In this document: positions 19,477-28,369 of the stretch, piece by piece
Position numbering within the stretch: the stretch's first letter is position 1
Layout of the letters: each line of letters begins with the position of its first letter
Assembly: GCA_947474855.1 (NCBI GenBank)
Contig: CANJKV010000002.1
Span: 20,292 to 84,291, forward strand
Length of the DNA stretch: 64,000 nt
Source of the DNA: Aurantimonadaceae bacterium
Lineage (GTDB): Bacteria; Pseudomonadota; Alphaproteobacteria; Rhizobiales; Rhizobiaceae
Direction: 5' to 3'
Notes under the pieces: generated by a model
Databases searched by the model: none
What the model saw: the letters and a program-made list of their open reading frames with translations, nothing else
Told to the model about the DNA's origin: nothing
Made by a program: the position numbers and the translations under genes

Positions 19477-20566
19477 TTCCACGATCTTCTGCCTTGAGTG
19501 CGGAAGCGACGACGTGTTCCATGAACGCGGCCGCGTCGTCGTGGAGATCAAGGGACGTCGCGTGACGGTAGAGGACGATTGTCACGTCAGATGCCGCCAG
19601 TGCGACTCGATCAGCTATCCCGGCGTGATGGCAGACGAGCATATGACAGCCGTCTCCGCCCGGCTGCGGCAGGAAGACGGCCTGCTTTCCGTAGCAGAGC
19701 TCAAGGAAATCCGACTTCGCTACGGTCTCCTTCAGGAGGAAATGGAGGCCCTCATCGGTAGTGGTCCCAAGACGTGGGTCCGCTGGGAGCGTGGACGGAT
19801 CACTCCCTCTCCGGCCTATGACCGGGCGATCCGACGCATCGCCGAGGACCCTCGGTTTCTAAGGAGGCTCATGCTCGAGCGCGGCATCGACAATCCGACC
19901 GCTTTCGGCGTCATCGAGGACGCCTTCGAGCGCGAGGTCAGGGATGTCAGCCGTGAGATGTCCATCCTTGTCGACGGTAGGGACCGGAACGAGGTCGAGG
20001 CGATCGTGGCGACGGCCCTATCAAGAAGCGACGAACTGCGGAACGACCTCTTTCGGGTCCGCAAGGCCGAGGTCGACGTTGAATCGACCATCGCTCGGGC
20101 CATGACCAGGATACCAGTCGACGTCGAGGGGCTTGCGAGGGACTTGGGCATGCCCGTGGTACGCGACCCACGCATGTCACGGCAATCGTCTGGGAGCATC
20201 ATGCGGGAAGCGATTCCCAGCGGTGCATCCGGCTACCGCATCACGGTGAACGGCAGCGAAGCGCACAATCGTCAGCGCTTCACCATAGCACACGAGATTG
20301 CGCATCTTTTACTGCACCGGAACCGGATCGGGGACGGTATCACGGAACAGGTCCTGCATCGTTCGTTCGACAGCAACGACGTCATCGAACGGGAGGCCAA
20401 CAGCAAGGCCGCCGAGATCCTGATGCCGGAAAGCTTCGTGAGGGACGAGTTCCAGCGCGACCGCGATCCCGATTCCCTAGCCCGCCGTTTCAAGGTCTCT
20501 TCTGAAGCCATGGGATGGCGTCTATACAATCTTGGCTTGGTCCACAGCAAGCCTCGACGACAATAG
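19469..20566 (+). CDS. Fusion of MqsA/YgiT-type zinc-ribbon-HTH antitoxin domain with ImmA/IrrE (COG2856) metallopeptidase domain
   Basis: 'CLECGS...(30 aa)...CRQCDS' is followed by 'LSVAELKEIRLRYGLLQEEMEALIGSGPKTWVRWERGRITPS', the MqsA pattern. The C-terminal 'FTIAHEIAHLLLH...EREANSKAAEILMP' carries the HExxH of ImmA/IrrE. Confidence 0.85.
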   Translation: MVDSTIFCLECGSDDVFHERGRVVVEIKGRRVTVEDDCHVRCRQCDSISYPGVMADEHMTAVSARLRQEDGLLSVAELKEIRLRYGLLQEEMEALIGSGPKTWVRWERGRITPSPAYDRAIRRIAEDPRFLRRLMLERGIDNPTAFGVIEDAFEREVRDVSREMSILVDGRDRNEVEAIVATALSRSDELRNDLFRVRKAEVDVESTIARAMTRIPVDVEGLARDLGMPVVRDPRMSRQSSGSIMREAIPSGASGYRITVNGSEAHNRQRFTIAHEIAHLLLHRNRIGDGITEQVLHRSFDSNDVIEREANSKAAEILMPESFVRDEFQRDRDPDSLARRFKVSSEAMGWRLYNLGLVHSKPRRQ

Positions 20567-20714
20567 GAGCATTCCTTATCTTCCTTCGAAGCAAGTATAT
20601 CAGCGGGAAGGCGGATCAACCTCTCTCTTGCCCTCCATCTCACTCCTGAATGGCTTGTCAGGCACCCGAGCCATACCTCACCGATTGAGCATATTTCCTG
20701 GAAAGCATATCAGC

Positions 20715-22103
20715 ATGTCTTTCTCCGCAAGCGTCTACGAGGCATGCAAGGTCTCGCCGCGCATCTTCGTCATGCATCCAGGATATAAGAGGACTAATTT
20801 CTACGCGCAGCAGTTACGTGCCCTGGCTTTGGTCAGGGAAATGGTAGCGAGCGGCGATCTTTCCGATGATGCGCCCAGCCTGATCGTGGTCGGTGGCGGC
20901 GTCGCTGGCCTGACCGCAGCCGCCGCGGCACTGACCGCCCGAGCGATGGTAACGCTGATCGAACGCGTCGGCTATCTTGCCGAATACAAGGAGGCGGCAC
21001 ACCGCGAGCTCCATCCCAACCTTATCGCTTGGCCGTTTCAGGTTCCCAAGGCGATGACGACCCTGCCTTTTCTCAATTGGGCATGCGGCCCGGCAGACCG
21101 GGTTGCCGACGACCTTACACGACAATGGCAAAAGGACTTCGCAAGGCATGCATCCGCCGTGAAAGACACGGTGACGGAGCTTGTCGAGACAAAGGACAAG
21201 GTGGAGGTTATCTGCCAACATGGTCAGTCGCGCGTAGCGGACATCGTGCTAATGGCGGTTGGCTGGGAACGCGAGCGGATCGGCGGCAAGTCGATTGGCC
21301 CCAACTACTGGCGTCCACAGCCCTTTGACGACGGCGAGATTGTCGTCAGCGGCTCCGGAGACGGAGGCCTTATCGACCTAGCCTACCAGACCTACGGGCA
21401 AAAGACGGTGTCGGTGTCTCGCATGCTCGCATACATCCTGGAGCGCAAGCCTCATCGAGACTGGATAAGGAAGGCAGAGGAGGCGGCGCTGAAGAGCATG
21501 GCCGAGGCCGGCGACCAAGCACAGCGCGATGCCGCTTTCGAGCAACTGCAGGTCTTCTACGACAAGCTGACGATGGAGGACGAGGACTCGCGACTTTTGG
21601 CCACCTACAGACGGCCGCAGCCGCTCAAGGCACGACTGATCCACGAAAATCGGACGGCGTTCTCGCCCTTCGCCGCACCGATCAACAAGGTCCTGCTTTC
21701 GACGCTGACGAAGCCGCCTGCCGAGGCGGCTCGGCTCGAAAGAGGAACGGTGACCCTCTCATCCGAGGACAAGCTCGTGAAGGCTTCCACCGGAGCTCCA
21801 GAGGAGCTCGACGATAGGCGGATCATAATCCGTCACGGTGCGGCCCCGGCTGCCCTACAAGGCTCGCTCCTCAGCGACAAGCATAAGGACATGCTGGCGC
21901 AAGTTCCCATTGGGAACCTAGCTCAGGTCGTACCGGACGAATACGACTACGAGTTCTTCACGAAACAGCCCGCAAGGCCGATCGCCCCCCTCCCCATTCT
22001 ACCACCCCGACCTATTCTACGAGCGGGCGCAACAGCAGGTCGAAAGGATGGTGAGATACATCTGCGGCGACAACGAGACCTTCACGCTTTCTCGCGAGAA
22101 TGA
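20715..22103 (+). CDS. Two-dinucleotide-binding-domain flavoprotein (FAD/NAD(P)-dependent oxidoreductase); the C-terminus probably continues in another frame to 22233
   Basis: 'SLIVVGGGVAGLTAAAAAL' and a second 'IVVSGSGDGGLIDL' are Rossmann motifs. After the C-run at 21985-21990 the protein-like sequence switches frame ('PFYHPDLFYERAQQQVERMVRYICGDNETF...' ends at 22233). Confidence 0.7.
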   Translation: MSFSASVYEACKVSPRIFVMHPGYKRTNFYAQQLRALALVREMVASGDLSDDAPSLIVVGGGVAGLTAAAAALTARAMVTLIERVGYLAEYKEAAHRELHPNLIAWPFQVPKAMTTLPFLNWACGPADRVADDLTRQWQKDFARHASAVKDTVTELVETKDKVEVICQHGQSRVADIVLMAVGWERERIGGKSIGPNYWRPQPFDDGEIVVSGSGDGGLIDLAYQTYGQKTVSVSRMLAYILERKPHRDWIRKAEEAALKSMAEAGDQAQRDAAFEQLQVFYDKLTMEDEDSRLLATYRRPQPLKARLIHENRTAFSPFAAPINKVLLSTLTKPPAEAARLERGTVTLSSEDKLVKASTGAPEELDDRRIIIRHGAAPAALQGSLLSDKHKDMLAQVPIGNLAQVVPDEYDYEFFTKQPARPIAPLPILPPRPILRAGATAGRKDGEIHLRRQRDLHAFSRE

Positions 22104-22240
22104 CCGAACGTGGAAAGTGTCGACCTCGATACCCGAGGAAAGGCGAGACTTGGCGCCCATATTTCCTTTAGAGGTGGGCAAGTGCAAGGTAGAACTAACA
22201 GACTCATCTGCAAAATTCGAACTCCTCGCGTGAGATTGCG

Positions 22241-22954
22241 ATGATCAATGTAGATCAAATATCCGCAGGCAACAATGTCTACGTCGATGACGCGCAAGGG
22301 AATTCTGTCAAAATCAAGCTCATGGCACTCGCCAGATCGGACAAGTTAAAGAATCCGGTGGCGCTGGCGTGGATGGGAGGACGATCGATACCACCGGATG
22401 CCGACGTGTTTCTATCCGGCTCGCGCAGTTCCATTGGGCAGACGCGCTCCCTAGGAACGCTATCCGAGAGGGCGAAGGACTTCGGCTCCCTCATATGCCT
22501 GATCGAATTCGAGAGGACTGAAAGCGCGACGATTTCCGAGAGGACGGCTGCGGCCAAGGTTTCCCGCGATATAAGTCGTCCTGCGTTCGGTCATGGAAGG
22601 GTCCGCGTCAGCCGCGTCGCCTCTCCCGATGACAAGCCGAAGCGAACGAGAAGAAAGCATAACCAGGAAGCTACGTCCTCCGGGCAAAAGGGGTTCGTTA
22701 CGGGCGACATAGTAAATCCGGTGATTGTCGCCAAGGGAGGAGATGTCCGGCTGGAACGCGCAGCTGTTGTGCGGGGCAAGAGCGGACGAACCTTCGGCCG
22801 GGACGGCGACGGTGGCACCCCCGTCATCTCGACGAAAGGACGGGGTCTGGTCGGGTTCATTGTCGCCAAGGGGCCAGACAGGACCTTGATCCTCCCGGCA
22901 GACGAACTCGTTCGGAAACTCGGCATGCAGTTCCTGACAGTCACAGAGCCTTAG
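22241..22954 (+). CDS. Hypothetical protein with degenerate trypsin-like C-terminal segment
   Basis: 'GRDGDGGTPVISTKGRGLVGFIVAKG' mirrors the GDSGGP...G.vvGi motif of chymotrypsin-fold proteases, but with Gly in place of the nucleophile Ser. It lies 7 nt after the upstream stop. Confidence 0.55.
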   Translation: MINVDQISAGNNVYVDDAQGNSVKIKLMALARSDKLKNPVALAWMGGRSIPPDADVFLSGSRSSIGQTRSLGTLSERAKDFGSLICLIEFERTESATISERTAAAKVSRDISRPAFGHGRVRVSRVASPDDKPKRTRRKHNQEATSSGQKGFVTGDIVNPVIVAKGGDVRLERAAVVRGKSGRTFGRDGDGGTPVISTKGRGLVGFIVAKGPDRTLILPADELVRKLGMQFLTVTEP

Positions 22955-22963
22955 AGCCTCTGA

Positions 22964-23961
22964 TGCTCTGTTGAAACGTTCATGGAGCTTCCTGAGCGAG
23001 GAGCATGAGGTTGTGGGAGATGACGCTTAGAAGGAGTTCGCGGGACTGCGAAGCGGGCTTGCGGGCGGTCAGAGCTGAACCGAGGCGGCGCTTATGCTGG
23101 CTGAAGCCGCTCTCGACGTGCCAACGCTGGTTGTAGAGGGGTTTTGGGAAACGATGACGCATGGCTCGCCGATAGGGCGTTTTGGGCCAGCGCCGCCCCG
23201 TGTTGCGCCGGTTGAGGCGGATGAGCGTGCGGGCAACACCAAACTCCTCGCGGCAGAGGCGGTGGTTGTGCTCGGCGTCGTAGCCGGCATCGCCGAGCAC
23301 AGTGTGCAAAGGGACGTGCTCGGCGGCCTGACACACGGCGGGGATGAAGTCGGGCGAGTCCTGGCTGGGGCCAAGGCCCGGCACGGCTGCGAGGATGAAG
23401 TGGGATCGGGTATGCTGGACCACGGTGAGCTTGGGCCAGAGGCGCTGGCGATGGCCTTTGCGCTTTCGTCCCCGGCCTCGCCGATGACCGAAGTGAGCGC
23501 TGATGTGCCGCGTTTCCAGTCCGGTCGCATCCACCGCGGCCACGGGCGCGAGATCAATCAGGCCAAAGGCGCGGGCTCGTTCGACAGCGGTTGCCTGGAT
23601 GTCACCGAAAGCCCCTTTTTCTCGGCATCCGCCAGAATGCGGCGCGAGGCGTAGGCCAGCGTCGAATAGTGCGGCACCTTGGAAAGGCCGAGGGTTTGTC
23701 GCAGCTCGCTCCACTCGCCCACCAGCGTCACCACGCCCCGGTAGTCCGTGCGTAGGAACTGGCGCAGGACGAGAAGAGCGAAGAGCTGCGGTTGGGTGTA
23801 ATCCTTGCGCGACTATCGGCTGCCGTAGGCCGGCAGCGCGGACCGGCCCGCCATCAAGGCCTCCCGCGCTACTCGAACCGCGGACTTCGAAAGCTGCCGC
23901 ATCGCCGCCTCCCGTCAAAGAGGACGAAACCAGCCAGCCGAGCTGGGGTTTCAACAGAGCA
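22964..23961. mobile_element. IS5-family (IS903-group-like) insertion sequence with 14-bp terminal inverted repeats and 9-bp target duplication
   Basis: The inverted repeats are tgctctgttgaaac (22964-22977) and gtttcaacagagca (23948-23961). They are flanked by direct repeats agcctctga (22955-22963 and 23962-23970). Confidence 0.7.
22980..23902 (-). pseudogene. DDE transposase of the IS at 22964-23961, with an in-frame TAG and a frameshift
   Basis: The N-terminal part 'MRQLSKSAVRVAREALMAGRSALPAYGSR*SRKDYTQPQLFALLVLRQFL...' is in one frame. The DDE part '...HTVLGDAGYDAEHNHRL...YNQRWHVESGFSQHKRRLG...' is in another. Confidence 0.75.
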
Positions 23962-24012
23962 AGCCTCTGACAAAACCACTTTGCGACGAAGCGCCAAGTG
24001 ATGAGGGTGTAG
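23962..24012 (-). repeat. Terminal remnant (about 50 bp) of an IS427-group IS5 element, split by the IS903-like insertion
   Basis: 'agcctctgacaaaaccactttgcgacgaagcgccaagtgatgaggg' matches the right end and transposase C-terminus (LITWRFVAKWFC*) of the intact copy at 51.7 kb. Confidence 0.6.
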
Positions 24013-24090
24013 ACGGCCACTGTCTCGCGCTTGGGCGTCGCGGTCTGGGAGGGCTGCGACGCCCTTCTTTGTTCAGGAAGGGCATGAACG

Positions 24091-24215
24091 AAAAACGCCT
24101 GCCAGTGGGAGGACTGGCAGGCGCTGAAATGTGCCCGTTGGCTGGGAGGAGGATGCCTCGGGGCGGCTCGCATTGGGCTAATGGGAGGAGGAACCCGCCG
24201 CGAACAGTGGAATAT
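24091..24215 (-). ncRNA. CCUCCUCCC-motif sRNA (alpha-r14 / 'cuckoo' / CcsR-like), copy 1
   Basis: The reverse strand reads ...gcggcggguuCCUCCUCCCauuagcc...gaggcauCCUCCUCCCagcc...gccugccagUCCUCCCacuggcaggcguuuuu. That is two CCUCCUCCC loops plus a terminator hairpin with a U-run. Confidence 0.55.
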
Positions 24216-24787
24216 TCGTAACTGACGCCGGTACGATGCCGAAACGCTGATTTTGCATGGCAGCAATGCGGGCTGGGCGTTGGCCCTGCCGTAGGAGGTA
24301 GGCTGCCAACTCCGTGCTCAGAACCCTTGAACCGTGGCACCATGGTTCTGAGGGCCGACGGTCAGATGCCCGATCGCCAATCATCGAACCTAAGGGTGTG
24401 TCTCAGTGGAGGTTGGTGCCTCCTCGGGCGCGAATAAGCATGGAAGACGGGGTCTGACTCATCTTCGGTGCAGTTTGGCTGTTGGAATGGCGGTTTTGCC
24501 GGAGGCCTTCCATGCCATGCCGTCTCTCCCTATCGTCGCTTGTTCCCGCTGGGATCGTCGTTGACAGCTAGGATGTGTCGGACGAAGCGTTGATGGTGAC
24601 GGTATCGTCCCGCGCATCGACGGCGGCTTGTCCCTTCTGCTCTCGTCCCTCGCATAGGATCCACAGCCGCTACGATCGTCACCTCGACGATCTGCCATCG
24701 TCTGGTCGTGCCGTCCTGGCTCCGGCGATGCGTCGGCTCGTGATGCGATCGTGACAGCCGGGCGGGCCCTTGTCCGCTTCGAGCGCC

Positions 24788-26260
24788 TCATATGTCTCGG
24801 GCAAGCCTCGCAATCACGTCCATCGCGTCGCCCAGCCTTTTCCGGGAGGCGGTGGCCCAGCGTTCGGGAGCGCCGCGCCTGCAGAGGACGACGGCGACCA
24901 AGGGCGCGATCGAGGGCGAGATCCCGAAGCCTGCGACGAGGGCGGATGCGATACCGGCGACCCGCTCGCTTCCAGCCCGCCCGCAGGCAGCGTGAAGCCG
25001 CTCACGATCGACCTCGTCGGCCTCGCAGGCCTCGGACATCAATCCATCCGCGCTACGCTCCAAGCGAGTGACGAGCCCCGCGCCAAGGCGGCAGAGACCT
25101 GGAATGACCTTGCCAGAGAACGAGATCGGCACCGCACAGACGGATGCGAGGCCGGGATCGAGACGCATGGCCTCCGCTCGCAGACCGATTTCCGTGAGCA
25201 GGGCATCCTCGGAGTAGCTCAGGGCCTGCGCCGGCGGAAAGGCTCCCAGCGAGGAGCGGCCAAGTGGGCTCGGCTCGCCCCGCTCGCCCGCAGGTTCGTC
25301 CCATCGATCGAGCAAGGAGGCGTTCGAGGGATCGCAGACGGCGTTGCCCAGGCGCCGAGCAATTCGCCCAAAGCCGACATCCGTCGGATGGACCTCGTCC
25401 CACCACTCGTCGCCTCCGATCTCCCGGCGGCAGTCGACGACGACGAACCGTTGCCGTAGCGACGGATCGTCTACAAGCCGCTCGAGCGCCGCGTGGTAGG
25501 TGTCGATCAGACGGCGCGTGACGCGGCGCTGAGCCTCGTGCCCGGCGATGCCCGAGGATGCGAGCGGAACTCCGAGCCAACGGCCTCCTCTCGGCACGGG
25601 ATAGGTGTAGGAGTGGCAGATCACGCGACCCGCTCCGCCATCGAGGGCGTCGATCGCGACGCGACGGCAGTTCTCGATCAGCCGGGAAAGGAGACCGCCG
25701 CTGTCGGCGCCATCCCGCCCGCGTTCCGTCACGAGGTCGTCCGTCCCCTCCTCCAGGCCGGCCGCGAGCATTTCGTCCGCACCGTTGCTCAGGATGACCG
25801 CATCCGGCCGGTCGGCGGCCACCGCCTTCAGGAGGGCCTGCCGGACCATAGCATCGCCGAGGCTACCGTTCACCCCTACGCAGTCGACGGCGAAGCGGCG
25901 GGAAAGGTGTTCGACGAGATCGGTGACAAGGAACGGGAACCTCACCCAGGAGTCGCCCTGTGCGACGAGTCTCGGCCCCTTCCACGTCCGTATCCGGCGC
26001 TGATAGCGGCAGCTCCGCCTCCAGTCGAAGAGCCTTTCCAGCGAGCACAGGGCGAGGAGGCTGGCCTCGTCGCAGTCCTCGACGGTCGCGGGATCGACGA
26101 CGACGCGTGGCCGGAAAGCCGTACTGCCGACGCGATCGAGCCGCAGGTATGGCCGGATTCGCGAGTCCGGCACCCACGGATCGAGCAGCATCCGCTCGAG
26201 CTCGCTCGCCCGGATGCGGACGACGCCCAGACCCGCCTCACCTAATCCTTCGGGATTCAT
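24788..26260 (-). CDS. SGNH/GDSL-like hydrolase domain protein with long C-terminal extension
   Basis: 'RLVAQGDSWVRFPF' is GDS block I and 'WWDEVHPT' is the DxxH block V. The alternative GTG start at 26296 adds 12 aa. Confidence 0.65.
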   Translation of the reverse strand: MNPEGLGEAGLGVVRIRASELERMLLDPWVPDSRIRPYLRLDRVGSTAFRPRVVVDPATVEDCDEASLLALCSLERLFDWRRSCRYQRRIRTWKGPRLVAQGDSWVRFPFLVTDLVEHLSRRFAVDCVGVNGSLGDAMVRQALLKAVAADRPDAVILSNGADEMLAAGLEEGTDDLVTERGRDGADSGGLLSRLIENCRRVAIDALDGGAGRVICHSYTYPVPRGGRWLGVPLASSGIAGHEAQRRVTRRLIDTYHAALERLVDDPSLRQRFVVVDCRREIGGDEWWDEVHPTDVGFGRIARRLGNAVCDPSNASLLDRWDEPAGERGEPSPLGRSSLGAFPPAQALSYSEDALLTEIGLRAEAMRLDPGLASVCAVPISFSGKVIPGLCRLGAGLVTRLERSADGLMSEACEADEVDRERLHAACGRAGSERVAGIASALVAGFGISPSIAPLVAVVLCRRGAPERWATASRKRLGDAMDVIARLARDI

Positions 26261-26435
26261 GCTCCGCTCGTGGCTCCCTGATAGGTTCCGACGCACGTGG
26301 AACGGCCGTCGCGGGAGCCCGAGACCTCAGCCGGCGGGCGGGCTCCAGACCTCTTCGGCTCGAATCCGCGCCGTCCCTGCCATGCGAGGCGTCACCGCCG
26401 CGTGACACCTCAGCGCCATCGCCCGGGCACCTGGA

Positions 26436-27173
26436 CTACGGTATCCCGCGCCGCGTGGCCTCGACGATCCGTGCATGGGAGCGCTTCCAGGAGGGCGTCT
26501 CCGACAACGTCCACGGCGCGGCGAGCTCCCCTCTCTCGTCCGGCATCGCCGCCAGGGCCCGCACGAGGAGGAGAGCGTCGATTCGCTTCAGGCCGATGCG
26601 GCTTCGACGCACGACGTCCAGGAGGCTGGCCTGCCGCGAGACTCCCAAGTCCGACCGTTCGAGGATCGCCCGCCATGTCCGGTCCTTGAAGAAGGTCTTC
26701 CTCGCCACCCGAAGCAGATCGGCGGCCTCCGAACGATCGAGGAGCCCCCCAGCGAGCAGCGCGTCCACCTGGGCCTCGCAATCCACGAGAGCCTCGGTCA
26801 GCGGCACGAAGCCTAGCTCGGCCGGCCCGTGGAGCTGGGCGACTGCGGCGTCGTCGTCGAGTTCGCCCTCGACGTAGCGCCTCGCGATCTCGCCGACCGC
26901 GACCATGCCGAACTCGTGGCACTCGGCTGCCCTGAGCGCTCCGAGCGACGCGGCGCCGAGCACCGCCACGCCCTGCGAGAGCGCATGGAGGATCTCCTTG
27001 TGCCAGACGGCGGCGACGGTCTCGAAGAGGCCGTCCACCAAGCCGACGACGTTCGCTCCCTGGAGGACGGCAGCCAGGATGTCGCCCTGCGCCGCGGGAG
27101 GACGCCTTTCGATGCCGGGGGGCAACCCGTCGAGGCCATGGAGGCTCGGCCCCGCGAAGAGGACCTTCGTCAA
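26436..27173 (-). CDS. TfuA-like protein
   Basis: 'VLFAGPSLHG...PPAAQGDILAAV...VVGLVDGLFETVAAVWHKEILHALSQGVAVLGAASLGALRAAECHEFGMVAVGEI' matches the TfuA family pattern. The proposed TTG start overlaps the YcaO stop (TTGA at 27170-27173). The upstream part of the 516-aa track ORF is shadow. Confidence 0.8.
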   Translation of the reverse strand: MTKVLFAGPSLHGLDGLPPGIERRPPAAQGDILAAVLQGANVVGLVDGLFETVAAVWHKEILHALSQGVAVLGAASLGALRAAECHEFGMVAVGEIARRYVEGELDDDAAVAQLHGPAELGFVPLTEALVDCEAQVDALLAGGLLDRSEAADLLRVARKTFFKDRTWRAILERSDLGVSRQASLLDVVRRSRIGLKRIDALLLVRALAAMPDERGELAAPWTLSETPSWKRSHARIVEATRRGIP

Positions 27174-28369
27174 AGCCGCAACATCGCGCCCATGGCGCGA
27201 GAGCCAGGCCGCCAATGGCGGTTGGAGGGACGATCCTCGAGCTGCGGGGCGAACACCCGGACCACGTTGACGCCGGCGGCCGCTCCCCCGAGTTCCACGA
27301 CGGGCACGTCCGAGATGCCGACGCGCCGAAGATGCCCGGCGACAGCGGACAGCAGTTCGGCCGGGGCCGTGGCGAGCGGTCCGCATGCGTCGCGAGGCGC
27401 CGCCCTCCCCTGGGCCGCGACGAGAGACGAATAGATGCCGAGGCCCGGTCGAAGCGGCTCGCGGTACTCGGCGGGGTCGAGGTCGTCGCGGGCCCCGGAT
27501 ATGTTGGTCACGCGGGTCTGGGCCGCTTCCGTGATGGCGCGGACGGCGGCATGCGACGCAACGGGATGGCAGCCGGTGCCGGCCGCGAGGTCGAACTGGG
27601 CCCGCACCTCCCGACCTCGGTCGCGCAGGACCGCCTGGATCACGGGGATGCCGATGTCCGTCGTCAGGTCGAAGAGCCGCAGCTCGACCCCTGCCTCCCA
27701 GATCCGGTCGGCCAGCGCATCCACGCTCTCGTCCTCGAACGAGGCTGGATCGACCATCAACTGTTCCAGATCGTCCCACGACCTGAAGGCATGCAGCGTC
27801 GCCGCGTCGCGCTCGACGAGTTCGCAGACGGCATGCAGCACCGCTTCGTCCAGGTCGTTGCCCGAGGCGAGACCGTTGGAGGATCGCGACATCCCTCCGA
27901 AGACGTAGCCCGTATGGTCCAGTCGGGCCGCCTCGAGCGGCACCCAGACGGCGTCGCCGCCGAGGAGTTGCCTGCCCTCCAGCCAAGCGAGTTCGTCGCC
28001 ATCGGGCAACGACGCGCCCGCGGGCATGAGACGGACCGGATCGTGGACGCGCGCGCCCTCGGCCACGAGTGCGCTCCTCGTGGCGAGGCGCGTCACACGC
28101 TCCGGATGCTCGGCGATGGCGAACTCGACGGCCTCCATGACGGCGGAGGCCATGGCGAAGTCGTCGTCGATCCCCTTGCCCTGGTTCACCGCCAGGGTCA
28201 GCGAATTGGGACGCATCGCCGCCCAGACCGGGATGCCGATCCTGTCGAGGCCGGTCTGTCTAGCGAGACGGGTGATCCCGAAGGCACCGAAACGAGGCCG
28301 CATGCGGCGGACGGTTTCCGCCGGTTCGCGGATCCGTCCGCCGCGTGGCAGTCTCCGCGTCCCGCTCAC
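27170..28369 (-). CDS. YcaO-like ATP-dependent amide-activating enzyme
   Basis: 'GIPVWAAMRPNSLTLAVNQGKG', 'SSNGLASGNDLDEAVLHAVCELVERDA' and 'ISGARDDL' are typical YcaO blocks. The GTG start overlaps the upstream stop (GTGA). Confidence 0.9.
   Translation of the reverse strand: MSGTRRLPRGGRIREPAETVRRMRPRFGAFGITRLARQTGLDRIGIPVWAAMRPNSLTLAVNQGKGIDDDFAMASAVMEAVEFAIAEHPERVTRLATRSALVAEGARVHDPVRLMPAGASLPDGDELAWLEGRQLLGGDAVWVPLEAARLDHTGYVFGGMSRSSNGLASGNDLDEAVLHAVCELVERDAATLHAFRSWDDLEQLMVDPASFEDESVDALADRIWEAGVELRLFDLTTDIGIPVIQAVLRDRGREVRAQFDLAAGTGCHPVASHAAVRAITEAAQTRVTNISGARDDLDPAEYREPLRPGLGIYSSLVAAQGRAAPRDACGPLATAPAELLSAVAGHLRRVGISDVPVVELGGAAAGVNVVRVFAPQLEDRPSNRHWRPGSRAMGAMLRL

Noticed and set aside
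24178-24384. A 68-aa ORF overlapping sRNA copy 1, and the 126-aa ORF (50070..50450) overlapping copy 2.
   Set aside because: They run through the sRNA hairpins and terminator. The two ORFs are not similar to each other at protein level although the DNA is homologous. I looked for a DUF1127-like ORF, as found upstream of CcsR sRNAs, and did not find one.
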